Shown piece by piece: positions 28,100 through 37,993 of a stretch of DNA of 64,000 bases. The stretch spans positions 416,001 through 480,000 of the forward strand of contig CAWAIF010000002.1 of assembly GCA_963782055.1 (NCBI GenBank), in the 5' to 3' direction. The notes beneath the pieces were generated by a model. The model ran no database searches. It was given only the letters and a program-made list of their open reading frames with translations, and had not been told where the DNA came from. The translations under genes and the position numbers were made by a program. Every line of letters starts with the position of its first letter. The first letter of the stretch is position 1. The stretch comes from an uncultured delta proteobacterium. Lineage in GTDB: Bacteria > Myxococcota_A > Polyangia > Polyangiales > Polyangiaceae.

Positions 28100-29269
28100 T
28101 CAGCCCCCGCGCATGGCCGACATCGGGTCGACGATGGACGCGCGCCACGCCGGCACGACGCTCAGCCCGACGAACGGACCGACGACCGCCGCGGCGATGG
28201 CGAGCAGCTGCGCGAAGTCCACCGCTGGGGTGAGCGGCACGGTGGGGTAGAGCACGCTCCAGCCGACGAGCGCGGGGCGCAGGCCGGGCGCCCCGAGCCA
28301 GAAGACCCAGGCGTAAGCGGCCAGCAGCCCCAGGGCGCTGGCCAGCGAGGCGACCATGAGCGACTCGATGAGCTTGACCCACAGCACGTGCCGCGTGCCG
28401 AACCCGACGGCCTTCAGGATGGCGATCTCCCGCTGCTCCTCCGGCCCGACGCCGCTCGCACGGTCCCACGCGAGCACCAGGAGCGCGATGAGCGCGGGGA
28501 TGGAGGCCGCCAGCAGCAGGCCCGCGCGCCGCCCGTAGGAGAGGGTGTAGACACGCGCCAGGATGCGCTTGTCCACCACGCGCGCCTCCGGCATGCGATC
28601 GAGCACCGTGCCCGCCACCACGCGCGCCTCCTCCGGGTTGGCGAGATCGAGCGAGATGTCGGTCCCCTCGTCGGGGGCGAGGCCGAGGATGGCGCGGGCG
28701 TCGTCCTCGTCGCACAGCACCACGTCCGCCGTGTAGAGCTCGACGGGGCTGCCGAAGACGCCGACCAGCTTCAGCGAGGGCGACGGGGCCGTCGTCGGCA
28801 GGCCGAGCTTGTCCCCCGGGGCGAGCCCCATGATCCGCGCGAAGTCGGCGCCGGCCACCATCTCGTGCGCGCCGAAGTGCAGATCGCGCCCGGAGGAGAG
28901 CTCGCCCTTCACCTGCCCGAGCGGCGGCGCCCCCTTCGGGACGCCCACGATGGTGACGTTGCCCTGGATGGCCGGGAGAAAGACGTAGCCCCACACGCGC
29001 ACGCGCGCGCTGCGCACCGAGTCGATCTGCCCGAGCCGCGCGACGTCCGCCTCGTGCACGGTGGTCGGCCGCCCGGCCACGAGCCGCTGCACCACCACGT
29101 CGGGCAGCGACGCGGTCGCACGCGCCGCTTCCCCGCGCAGCGACTCGGTCAAGAACACCACCGAGGCGAGCAGGGTGACGGTGATGGCGAGCCCCGCCCC
29201 GAGGGCGAAGGCGCGGCCGCGCCGGCGGCCGAGAGCGGCCACCGCGTAGGCGAACAGCGAGCGTGTCAT
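28100..29269 (-). CDS. ABC transporter permease (FtsX/MacB/LolE-like)
   Basis: N-terminal TM plus periplasmic domain; REIAILKAVGF; C-terminal PAWRASIVDP. Confidence 0.85.
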   Translation of the reverse strand: MTRSLFAYAVAALGRRRGRAFALGAGLAITVTLLASVVFLTESLRGEAARATASLPDVVVQRLVAGRPTTVHEADVARLGQIDSVRSARVRVWGYVFLPAIQGNVTIVGVPKGAPPLGQVKGELSSGRDLHFGAHEMVAGADFARIMGLAPGDKLGLPTTAPSPSLKLVGVFGSPVELYTADVVLCDEDDARAILGLAPDEGTDISLDLANPEEARVVAGTVLDRMPEARVVDKRILARVYTLSYGRRAGLLLAASIPALIALLVLAWDRASGVGPEEQREIAILKAVGFGTRHVLWVKLIESLMVASLASALGLLAAYAWVFWLGAPGLRPALVGWSVLYPTVPLTPAVDFAQLLAIAAAVVGPFVGLSVVPAWRASIVDPMSAMRGG

Positions 29270-29610
29270 CGAGCTCCTTTGCGCGGGGCGTCCACCCACG
29301 CCTGTACCGGGGGCGCCATCGCCCCGCCGGCCGGGTCCGGATCGGGCACCGCGATGCCGTCGGCGAAGGCCGCGCCGGGTTCTTCGAGAGAGGGAAAGCG
29401 AAGCCACCGGGCCCCGCCGGAGAGCGCCAGATCGCCGCTGGGCAGCCGCGCCACGACGGCGTCCACGGCCGCGACGTCGTGCGCGCGGGCGCGCTCGCGC
29501 AAGCGCGAGTCCACGCCGAGCACCACGAGCACCAGCGGGAGGGCCAGCACGGCCAGCGCCCCGAAGACCACGGTCCGGACGCGGAGCACGGAGGTGGGGC
29601 GTACGCTCAT
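29266..29610 (-). CDS. Hypothetical membrane-anchored protein
   Basis: ATGA overlaps with both neighbours; DLALSGGARWLRFPSL motif. Confidence 0.6.
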   Translation of the reverse strand: MSVRPTSVLRVRTVVFGALAVLALPLVLVVLGVDSRLRERARAHDVAAVDAVVARLPSGDLALSGGARWLRFPSLEEPGAAFADGIAVPDPDPAGGAMAPPVQAWVDAPRKGAR

Positions 29611-30461
29611 GGCGGAAGGAAGGTGAGAAAGAGCTTGGTGAGGAAGAAGTCGGCGATGAGGATCGCGATGGAGACCACCACCACGGTCTTGGTGGTGCTG
29701 GTGCCGACGCCCTCGGTGCCGCCGCTCGTGTGCAGGCCGAAGTGGCACCCGACGATCGCGATGATGAAGCCGAAGACCGGCGTCTTGCCGAGCCCGGAGA
29801 AGAGGTCGGACATGTGCACGACCGAGAGCGACGAGCGCAGGAAGAACTCGCGGCTGATGCCGTACTGCACGTCGCAGATGAGCATCGCCCCCAGCACGCC
29901 GAGGAAGATGGCGAAGAGGCTGAGCACCGGCAGCACGATGATCGCGGCCACCATGCGCGGCAGCACCAGCTTCTTGTGCGGGTCCGCGCCGAGGGCGCGG
30001 ATGGCGTCCACCTGCTCGGTGACGTTCATCGCGCCCACCTCCGCCGCCATGCCGCTGCCGATCCGCCCGCCGACGATGACCGCGGTCAGGGTGGGGCCCA
30101 GCTCGCGGAGGAAGGAGAGGGTGACGACGCGCGGGATGTACTCCAGCCCGCCGAAGCGCTGCAGACCGAAGGCGAACTGGATGGTCATGACCATCCCGAT
30201 GAAGACGCTGGTGACCGCGACGATGCCCGTCGACTGCACGCCGAGCGACTCCATCTGGTAGACGATCGACCGCAGCTCCAGCGGGCGGCGGAACGCCGCG
30301 CGGAAGGTGCGCCCGATGAGCAGCGCCACCTGGCCGAGCTGCACGACGAGGTCCGAGACGCGGTCGGCGAAGCCGGGCGGGGGCATCCGCGGCGGCGGTC
30401 GTAGCGAGAGGCGCGAGCTCTCCGGCGGCAGGTCGGACGGGCGGTCGGCGTCGGTCGTCAC
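29607..30461 (-). CDS. mlaE: MlaE family ABC transporter permease
   Basis: RELGPTLTAVIVGGRIGSGMAAEVGAMNVTEQVDAIRALG and GGTEGVG.STT motifs. Confidence 0.92.
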   Translation of the reverse strand: MTTDADRPSDLPPESSRLSLRPPPRMPPPGFADRVSDLVVQLGQVALLIGRTFRAAFRRPLELRSIVYQMESLGVQSTGIVAVTSVFIGMVMTIQFAFGLQRFGGLEYIPRVVTLSFLRELGPTLTAVIVGGRIGSGMAAEVGAMNVTEQVDAIRALGADPHKKLVLPRMVAAIIVLPVLSLFAIFLGVLGAMLICDVQYGISREFFLRSSLSVVHMSDLFSGLGKTPVFGFIIAIVGCHFGLHTSGGTEGVGTSTTKTVVVVSIAILIADFFLTKLFLTFLPP

Positions 30462-31030
30462 GGCGCGCCCGCGTCCACCGTGTGGAAGTCCGCGACGAAG
30501 CGCTCGAAGGTCGAAGCTCCCGCGTCGAACCGCGCGGGCGGTGCGGCGTAGACCAGGTCGTAGACGCAGCCGTTCTTCTTCAGGACGTAGATGTCCCAGA
30601 CGAGCGGGACCCCGTCCAGCTTGGCGTGGAGGACGGTGTGCCGCGCCTCGCGGCGATCGAAGGGGATGACCTCTTCCTTCGCGTACTGCCGGTCCGTCGT
30701 GCCGATGATGAGCTGGTTGGTGAGCGCGACGAGCGGCACGTCGTCGGAGGCGACGCCGCACTGCGCGGCCACCAGGACGGACGCCTCGCCCGTGTCGTCG
30801 CGGAAGGCGAGCGCGTCGTCGCTCACGTGCACGCGCCGCCACGCGGTCGGGACGGTCCCCACGGCGAAGGCCACCTGACCGCTGTGGTAGACGTGCCCGT
30901 CGAAGGCGGCCGACGCCCCGCCGCACCCCGCGGGGGTCAGCGCAAGCAGGACGAGCGCAGCCAGGCGGGCGAGCGCGGCGGGCTCGCGCCAAGACCGACC
31001 GAGGCCGTAGGCCGAGGGAAGGTCGTGCAT
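30458..31030 (-). CDS. Hypothetical lipoprotein
   Basis: Lipobox PAGC; DGVP...YVLKKNGCVYDLVY; coupled to mlaE. Start uncertain. Confidence 0.7.
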   Translation of the reverse strand: MHDLPSAYGLGRSWREPAALARLAALVLLALTPAGCGGASAAFDGHVYHSGQVAFAVGTVPTAWRRVHVSDDALAFRDDTGEASVLVAAQCGVASDDVPLVALTNQLIIGTTDRQYAKEEVIPFDRREARHTVLHAKLDGVPLVWDIYVLKKNGCVYDLVYAAPPARFDAGASTFERFVADFHTVDAGAP

Positions 31031-31178
31031 TCGCATCGCGACGACCGGGTGATAGCACGTAACGCGCTTGATTGGACCGGTCGATGGTTCAGGCGCGAGG
31101 GGCGTCGCGCGTCGGTTGGACAGGCGGCCCGAAAGCGCGGTCACGCCGGAGGAGTTGCGGTATATGCGACCACGCACC

Positions 31179-32705
31179 ATGTCCCTGCGCCTGTACAATA
31201 CCCTCACGCAGCGCCTGGAGGCCTTCACGCCGCTGGAGCCGGGCAAGGTCCGCATGTACGTGTGCGGTCTCACCACCTACGACCTCGCGCACGCCGGTCA
31301 TGGCCGCACGCTCACGACATTCGACGTGCTCGCGCGTCATCTGCGCGCCCGCGGGCTGGAGGTCACCTTCGTCCGCAACGTCACCGACGTCGACGACAAG
31401 ATCCTCGCCCGCGCGCGCGAGCGTGGGGAGGAGCCGCTCGCCCTCTCCGCGCGCATGAGCGATCTGTGCGACGCGCAGCTGCGCACCATCGGCTGCGCGG
31501 ACCCGACGCACGAGCCCCGCGTCTCCACGCACATGGCGGAGATCATCGCCATGATCGAGGGCCTGATCGCGAAGGGCAACGCCTACGTCGTCAAGACGCC
31601 GAAGGGCGAGGACGTCTACTTCGCGGTGCGCAGCTTCCCGTCGTACGGCAAGCTCTCCCGCCGCAAGATCGACGATCTGATGAGCGGCGCCCGCATCGAG
31701 GTCGGGGAGACCAAGCGCGACCCGCTCGACTTCGCCCTCTGGAAGGGCGATGAAGCCGAGGAGGCGTGGGGCATGCCCAGCCCCTGGGGCAAGGGACGGC
31801 CCGGCTGGCACATCGAGTGCTCCGCCATGAGCCGCAAGTACCTGGGCGAGCACTTCGACATCCACGGCGGCGGGATGGACCTCGTCTTCCCCCACCACGA
31901 GAACGAGATCGCCCAGAGCGAGGCGCTCTCCGGCCCGGAGATGGCGCGCTTCTGGCTGCACGGCGGCTTTCTGGAGGTGGACAACGAGAAGATGTCCAAG
32001 TCGCTGGGCAACTTCGTCACCATCAAGGACGTGCTCGAGCGCAACGACCCGGAGGGCTTCCGCTACTTCCTGCTCGGCACCCACTACCGCGGCCCGCTCA
32101 GCTTCGACTTCGACAAGAAGGAGGACGGCCGCGTCGTCTTCCCCGGCGTGGACGAGGGCGAGCGTCGCGCGGAATACTTGTATTCTACACTGGAGGCGCT
32201 GCGCGCCGCCGCGGCGGGGGAGCCGGAGGGCGAGGGCCCGCCCGCGCTCAAGGCGCAGAGCAAGGTCGTGGCCGCCGCGGAGGAGGGCGTCCTCGCCGCG
32301 CTGGACAAGGATCTCAACGCGCCGCAGGCGCTCGCGGTGCTGGCGGAGCTGGCCAAGGCCGGCAACGAGATCGTCATCCAGGTCGGCAAGCTGAAGAAGG
32401 ACCCCGCCGCGCAGAAGGCCGCGCGCGGCCTCGCCGCCCGCGCCGCCGGGACGCTGCTCCGCGCGTGCGCGCCGCTCGGCCTGCTCCAGGCGAAGCCCGC
32501 CGACTTCTTCGCCCGCACGCGCGAGCAGCGCCTGCACCTGCGCAAGCTCGACCCGGCCGCCATCGAGGCGAAGGTGGCGGAGCGCACCGCCGCACGCGCG
32601 GCGAAGGATTTCGCCCGCGCCGACGCCATTCGCAAGGAGCTCGCCGCCACCGGTGTCGACCTCGCCGATGGTGACGCCGCCACCACCTGGCGGGTCATGA
32701 TCTGA
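31179..32705 (+). CDS. cysS: Cysteine--tRNA ligase
   Basis: MYVCGLTTYD.AHAGH, RNVTDVDDKI, GRPGWHIECSAM, DIHGGGMDLVFPHHENE and KMSKS. Confidence 0.97.
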   Translation: MSLRLYNTLTQRLEAFTPLEPGKVRMYVCGLTTYDLAHAGHGRTLTTFDVLARHLRARGLEVTFVRNVTDVDDKILARARERGEEPLALSARMSDLCDAQLRTIGCADPTHEPRVSTHMAEIIAMIEGLIAKGNAYVVKTPKGEDVYFAVRSFPSYGKLSRRKIDDLMSGARIEVGETKRDPLDFALWKGDEAEEAWGMPSPWGKGRPGWHIECSAMSRKYLGEHFDIHGGGMDLVFPHHENEIAQSEALSGPEMARFWLHGGFLEVDNEKMSKSLGNFVTIKDVLERNDPEGFRYFLLGTHYRGPLSFDFDKKEDGRVVFPGVDEGERRAEYLYSTLEALRAAAAGEPEGEGPPALKAQSKVVAAAEEGVLAALDKDLNAPQALAVLAELAKAGNEIVIQVGKLKKDPAAQKAARGLAARAAGTLLRACAPLGLLQAKPADFFARTREQRLHLRKLDPAAIEAKVAERTAARAAKDFARADAIRKELAATGVDLADGDAATTWRVMI

Positions 32706-32708
32706 GGG

Positions 32709-34121
32709 TCAGTCGGCCGCGCCGAGCTTCCGCTCGATGGCCTCCAGGTGCGCGCGCACCTCGGGATCGTTGGTCCGCAGGCCCTCCACCTTGCGCACCG
32801 CGCTCATCACCGTCGTGTGATCCCGGTTGCCGAAGGCGCGCCCCAGCTCCGGGAAGCTGCACTTCAGCCGCTGCTTGCACAGGTACATCGCCACGTGCCG
32901 CGCGAAGGCGATGCTCTTGTGGCGGTCCTTGCTGAGCAGATCCCCGCTGCGCAGCTTGAAGTGGTGGCAGACGACGCGCTGGATGTCCTCCACGCTCGAC
33001 TCCGTCGGCCGCGCGCTGGACGCCGCGAGGATCTCCTGCCGGGCGAAGTCCACCGACATGGGCTTGCCGAGCAGCGACGCCTTCGCCGCGATGCGGATGA
33101 GCGTGCCCTCCAGCTCGCGCACGTTGCTGCGCACCGACTGGGCGATGCAGAGCACCACGTCGTGCGCCACCTCGATCTTCTCGAGCTGCGCCTTCTTGCG
33201 CACGATGGCGACGCGCGTCTCCAGCTCCGGCGGCTGGATGTCGGCCACCAGCCCGGAGGCGAAGCGCGAGACGAGCCGCTCCTCCATCCGCTCGAGCTGC
33301 TGGGGGTACTTGTCGCTCGTCAGGATGATCTGCTTGTCCGCCTGGTGCAGGGCGTTGAACGCGTGGAAAAACTCCTCCTGCGTCTGCGTCTTGGAGGCGA
33401 GGAACTGGATGTCGTCGACGAGGAGCAGGTCGCAGCGCTCGCGGTAGCGCGCGCGGAACTCGTTCATCCGGTTGTCCTGCAGCGCCTGGACGAAGTCGTT
33501 GATGAACTTCTCCGCCGAGATGTACAGGATGCGGGCATCCGGGCGCTCCTCGCGCACGCGGTGGGCGACGGCGTGCACCAGGTGGGTCTTGCCCAGGCCG
33601 GTGCCGCCGCAGAGAAAGAGCGGGTTGTGCCGGGGCCCACCGCCGCCGGCGGCCGCGATGGAGGCGGCGTGGGCGAGCTGGTTGGACGGCCCCACGACGA
33701 AGTTGACGAAGGTGTACTTCGGGTTGAGACCCTCGATGGGCGGCGGCGCCGGCGCCACGCTGGGGCGGCGCGTCCGCGGCGCGGGCTCCTCGTCGTCCTC
33801 CCGGACGATCAGCGGGCGAGGCCGTACCGGCGGCACGCTGGGGTGCGACGCCACGGGTCGCTCGACCTGGCCGCCCACCGTCCACGCCACCTGGACGCTC
33901 CACCCCGTCTTGCTCCGGATGAAGTCGGTGATGGTCGGGAGGAAATGCTGGTCCACCCACTCGCGGACGAACTCGTCGCGCGCCCGCAGGCCCAGCACGC
34001 CGTCGGTCAGGCCGTCGAACTGGATCCCGGAGAACCACTGATCGAAGCTCGCCGGCGAGCGCTCACGCGTAAAGGCGATTGCCTCTGTCCAGAGCCCTTG
34101 CTCCATCTCCACCTCGGTCAC
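32709..34121 (-). CDS. dnaA: Chromosomal replication initiator
   Basis: LNPKYTFVNFVVGPSN, NPLFLCGGTGLGKTHL, LLVDDIQF, QEEFFH, SNVRELEG and RDHTTV. Confidence 0.97.
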   Translation of the reverse strand: MTEVEMEQGLWTEAIAFTRERSPASFDQWFSGIQFDGLTDGVLGLRARDEFVREWVDQHFLPTITDFIRSKTGWSVQVAWTVGGQVERPVASHPSVPPVRPRPLIVREDDEEPAPRTRRPSVAPAPPPIEGLNPKYTFVNFVVGPSNQLAHAASIAAAGGGGPRHNPLFLCGGTGLGKTHLVHAVAHRVREERPDARILYISAEKFINDFVQALQDNRMNEFRARYRERCDLLLVDDIQFLASKTQTQEEFFHAFNALHQADKQIILTSDKYPQQLERMEERLVSRFASGLVADIQPPELETRVAIVRKKAQLEKIEVAHDVVLCIAQSVRSNVRELEGTLIRIAAKASLLGKPMSVDFARQEILAASSARPTESSVEDIQRVVCHHFKLRSGDLLSKDRHKSIAFARHVAMYLCKQRLKCSFPELGRAFGNRDHTTVMSAVRKVEGLRTNDPEVRAHLEAIERKLGAAD

Positions 34122-34322
34122 GCTTCTTGCCTCGTGCGGGAGCCGCGACCCCCGAAAAAAGAAAAAGCACCCTCCGCGCGCACGGGAACTGCTTCCCGGG
34201 CGGCTCCGTCTCTCCGGAACCGGCCGGACGCCATGCGACCGACCTGCGCACCCCAGCCCTGCTCGTCGCCCGGACGGGGACCCCCACGATGAATCGGGTA
34301 GGAGCTACACCTACTTCACAAG

Positions 34323-34343
34323 TTATCCACAGCCTGTGGAAAA
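34323..34343. promoter_or_regulatory. Paired DnaA boxes upstream of dnaA (autoregulation or oriC candidate)
   Basis: Perfect TTATCCACA at 34323-34331 and inverted TGTGGAAAA at 34335-34343; AT-richer tract about 34490-34630. Confidence 0.75.
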
Positions 34344-34796
34344 CCTTCCACCATGCGCTCCGCGCCGCCGTTTCTGGCCTGGGCCATGCTTGGGGGGCTT
34401 GGCGCCCTCCCTCGGCGAGCGAGGAAGTCACGGTGGCGCTGGGCAACCGCGACGTAAAGAGAGTGGCTACCACCGGCCGATTAGCCTCGTCCACGGCGAT
34501 CATATCGAAACGGATCAAGTCGACGAAATGACTCGGGATTATTGGGTGTAGATCCCCTGTGAATTCCATTGCCGCGGCCTGCACGCAGCTGCCCTGGCCG
34601 CTAGCTGCATGATTTGCAAAAGGATTTGGGCGGGTTCTCGCGGGGGCGAGGGCAAAATGGGCCGTTTTTGCCCCGATCTGGGCTGTCAAGACACGACGTT
34701 CCGGCGGCGTTTTCGCGACGGACGCGTGAAGCGCGGCTGCGTGATCCTGCCGCCGAAAAGTGGCCGGGGCAGCAGGAGGTGTGGTTAGGGTGCCGC

Positions 34797-35822
34797 GTGG
34801 TGAGCAGCGTCGATCGACCTTCGCGGGCAGGGGCTACGGGCCGGGCTCTTGGTGCGCGCGTGGTCGCCGGCCTGGCGCTCACAGCGGGACTCTTGACGGG
34901 GTCAAGCGTTCGGGCCGATCCCTCCTCGACGTCGCCTCAGCAGGGCTTCGACCTGGGCCAGATCCCCTCCCCACGGTCGCTCGCCTTCGGCGGCGCGCAG
35001 GCGGCGCTGGGCGGCTCGACGACTGCCGTCTACCTCAACCCTGCGAACATGCCCTTCACGCACGTCTACCACTTCGAGGCGCTCGGGGGCTGGATCCCCG
35101 AGGCGGCGCGGCAGACCTACGGCGGGGCGGTGGCCGACTCGGTCACCAACAAGGTCGCCGGCGGCTTCGGCGGCTCGTGGTCGACGATGGACCCGGAGGG
35201 GCTGGACCGCACCTGGACCGACCTGCGGCTCGCCACCGCGTATCCCATCGCGCCCAGCTTCGCGCTCGGGCTGACGGGGCGGTACCTGCGCGTGGACCAG
35301 ACCGTGGGGCGCGGGCCCTTCGGACCGAGCCTGGCCTCCGACGGCACGCCCGACTCCGCGCTCTCCAGCCTCTTCACCTTCGACGCCGGGCTGACCTTCC
35401 GGCCCATCCCGCAGCTCTCCATCGCCGCGCTGGGTAAGAACCTCACCAACCCGGGGCGCGGCTTCGCGCCGACCACGGTGACCGGAGCGGTGGGCTACAC
35501 CACGCCCAGCGAGATCTTCTCCGCCGAGTTCGACGCCCTCGTCGACTTCACGACCTGGGGCGACCCGCGGGGGACCTACTCGCTCGGCGCCGAGCTGTTC
35601 TTGGTCAACCACCTGCTGCTGCGCCTCGGCTACCGCATCGACACCGGCATGAAGACCCACGCGCTGAGCGGCGGGCTCGGCTACGTGGACCGTCGCTTCA
35701 GCGTGGAGACGTCCATTCGCCGCGACATCGTCGCCGACCACCCCTCGACGATGTTCGTGCTGGGGCTCAAGTACTTCTACGACGCCGGCGCGACGCCCGA
35801 CCAGGCGATGAGCGCGGACTGA
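34797..35822 (+). CDS. Probable outer-membrane beta-barrel protein (FadL/PorV-like)
   Basis: Signal peptide; RSLAFGGA...AVYLNPA N-terminal motif; alternating beta strands with LRLGY. Start uncertain. Confidence 0.7.
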   Translation: MVSSVDRPSRAGATGRALGARVVAGLALTAGLLTGSSVRADPSSTSPQQGFDLGQIPSPRSLAFGGAQAALGGSTTAVYLNPANMPFTHVYHFEALGGWIPEAARQTYGGAVADSVTNKVAGGFGGSWSTMDPEGLDRTWTDLRLATAYPIAPSFALGLTGRYLRVDQTVGRGPFGPSLASDGTPDSALSSLFTFDAGLTFRPIPQLSIAALGKNLTNPGRGFAPTTVTGAVGYTTPSEIFSAEFDALVDFTTWGDPRGTYSLGAELFLVNHLLLRLGYRIDTGMKTHALSGGLGYVDRRFSVETSIRRDIVADHPSTMFVLGLKYFYDAGATPDQAMSAD

Positions 35823-35909
35823 GAGCACCGAATGAAGTCACGTCGCTCGTGAGGGCGTGCGTGGGAGGGGCGACGCGCCGAAGGGCGTGCGGACCGACCC
35901 GCGCTCGCG

Positions 35910-36698
35910 TCAGGGCGGCGCCCAGTAGGTGAGGCAGAGATCGTCGCTCGGGTGGCGCGCGACGAGCAGCGGGTCGGCGGGCAGCGGGTAGCCCGACGAC
36001 GGCGCGCCGCTCACCGCGAGGGGGTAGGGGTCGGCGTCCGGACCGCAGTAGTGAGCGGCCGCACGCCGCAGCCACGCGGCCGGCTCCGGCGAGGCGATCT
36101 CCAGCCGCCACACCGGCAGCGGCGCGCCGCCGGGGGCGCCGAGGCGCATGACCAGCTCGTGCCCGCCCGTCGCGTCGGCGGTGGGAGGCGCGAGCACGGT
36201 GCGCAGGCGCAGGGCGGCGACGTCGCTCGACGCCACCGCGCGGCGGAAGGCGGGCTCGCTGACGCGCACCACCTCCCCGGCCATCGTCGGGGGGCCGAGC
36301 AGCAGCAGCGCGCCGGAGGGCTTGCGCGCGGCGCGCTGGGTCACCAGCGGCTCGCCGGCGTCTCCCGGCGCGGGGGCGCGGGCGCCGGGTGGGACGGCGA
36401 GCAGGTGGGCGTCGAAGGCGCGGGGCATCCCCGGCGCGCCGAAGGCGACGAAGAGGTCAATCTCCCCCGCGTGCCACGCGCCGCGCGCCAGGGTGAGCTC
36501 GTGCTCCACCAGCACGTGGTCGCGGGAGGGCTCGACGCGCACGTGCGTGAGGACGGGCAGCGACGGCAGGGGCGCGGAGCGCAGGCGCGGTCGTGGCGGC
36601 GGCCGGTGTGTGGGGTGATGGTGGTGCACGACGTGCTTGCCCGGGCGCGCGGCGACGAGGAAGGGCACCAGCAACAGGAGCGCGCCGAGCCGCCTCAC
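35910..36698 (-). CDS. Hypothetical secreted protein
   Basis: GTG start overlaps the upstream stop; signal peptide; protein-like C-terminal part of a long shadow ORF. Confidence 0.6.
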   Translation of the reverse strand: MRRLGALLLLVPFLVAARPGKHVVHHHHPTHRPPPRPRLRSAPLPSLPVLTHVRVEPSRDHVLVEHELTLARGAWHAGEIDLFVAFGAPGMPRAFDAHLLAVPPGARAPAPGDAGEPLVTQRAARKPSGALLLLGPPTMAGEVVRVSEPAFRRAVASSDVAALRLRTVLAPPTADATGGHELVMRLGAPGGAPLPVWRLEIASPEPAAWLRRAAAHYCGPDADPYPLAVSGAPSSGYPLPADPLLVARHPSDDLCLTYWAPP

Positions 36699-37990
36699 GC
36701 GAGGGCCTCCTCGAGGCGACGGGCGAGGCGCGTCGCGTCCTCCTCGCCCGGCTCGGCCGACGCCTCCGGCTCCGTCGCGGCGAGCGTGCGCAGGTACGCC
36801 GGCGCGCGGGGGTTGTCGAACCAGTCCTCGTCGAAGCGGTCGCGCAGCGCGTCGAGCAGGGGCAGCGTCGCCACGACCGCGCGAAGGGTGTCGGCGTCGG
36901 CGTCGCGCGGGCGAAGGAGCATCGCCGCGGCGGCCGGCGGCACCTCGGGGCCGAGCGCGCGCGCCGTGAGCTCCTCCTGCGACGCGCGCGAGCCGTCGTG
37001 CAGCGTGCGCGCGACGAGGTGGCGCACCTGCAGCAGCGCGACGGCGGAGAGCGCCCGCGCCTGGTCGCGGCACGTGCCCGGCGACAGGCCCATGCGGCGC
37101 TTGTAAAAGGCACGGATCGCCGGCAGCCCGCCGATCGCGCAGCCGATCGTACGCGCGCGGACGGAGCGCACGGGCTGCCGCAGGGCGAAGGGGCCGGCGG
37201 GGCGGGCGGCCGCCGCGAACGCCTCGCCGAAGGCGCGCAGGGCGCGGGCGAAGCTGGCGGCGCCGAAGACCTCCGGCGCCCACCCCATGCGCGGCGCGGC
37301 GACGGCGCCGAAGGCGGGCAGCATCTCCGCGACCCAGCGCCAGCCCAGGTGGGCGGGCCAGCCCTCCACCGCGGCGCGGCCGAGACGCATGTCCAGGTGC
37401 AAGGGGAAGGGCGCATCGCCCGGCCGGACGCGGCACACCTCCCCCGCGATGTCCTCGGTGCGCTCCAGGAGGACGCGGGCCACGCCCGCGGGCGCCGGCG
37501 GCGACGGCGCGCCCAGCCGGGAGAGCACCTCCGCGCGCGTGGCGCGGCGCTCGGCGTCCAGCGCGAAGATCTCCGGCGCCGCGCGGTCGAGCTCCGCCAG
37601 GTGGGTGCGCGCCTCCCCGGCGCTCGTCGAGCCGAGCAGGCCTCGCATCGCCTCGCGCCACGTGGCGGCCGCGCGTCCGGCGCCGGCCCGACCCGCGGGC
37701 GCGCTCGTCGCGTGCGCGAGCTTCACGTCCAGCGAGAACGCGAGGCGGCGCGCGGTGAGCTCCGCCACCCATGTCGCCAGGGCGTCGCGCATCGGCACGT
37801 CCACCGCCGAGACGTCCGCCTCGCGCAGCGCGGAGAGGGCGCGCTGGCCGGACACCTCGCGATGCGCCGGCCACGGGTCCGGCGGCGCCTCGCCGCCCTC
37901 GTCCAGGCGGGCGAGCGCCGCCCGCACGCGCGCGTCGGCGGCGACGGCGGCCGCGACCTGACGATCGATGCGCGCGAGATCCACCAGCAT
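36695..37990 (-). CDS. Hypothetical protein
   Basis: Ala/Arg-rich with LRDRFDEDWFDNPRA motif; operonic spacing with miaE. Confidence 0.65.
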   Translation of the reverse strand: MLVDLARIDRQVAAAVAADARVRAALARLDEGGEAPPDPWPAHREVSGQRALSALREADVSAVDVPMRDALATWVAELTARRLAFSLDVKLAHATSAPAGRAGAGRAAATWREAMRGLLGSTSAGEARTHLAELDRAAPEIFALDAERRATRAEVLSRLGAPSPPAPAGVARVLLERTEDIAGEVCRVRPGDAPFPLHLDMRLGRAAVEGWPAHLGWRWVAEMLPAFGAVAAPRMGWAPEVFGAASFARALRAFGEAFAAAARPAGPFALRQPVRSVRARTIGCAIGGLPAIRAFYKRRMGLSPGTCRDQARALSAVALLQVRHLVARTLHDGSRASQEELTARALGPEVPPAAAAMLLRPRDADADTLRAVVATLPLLDALRDRFDEDWFDNPRAPAYLRTLAATEPEASAEPGEEDATRLARRLEEALA

Positions 37991-37993
37991 GCG

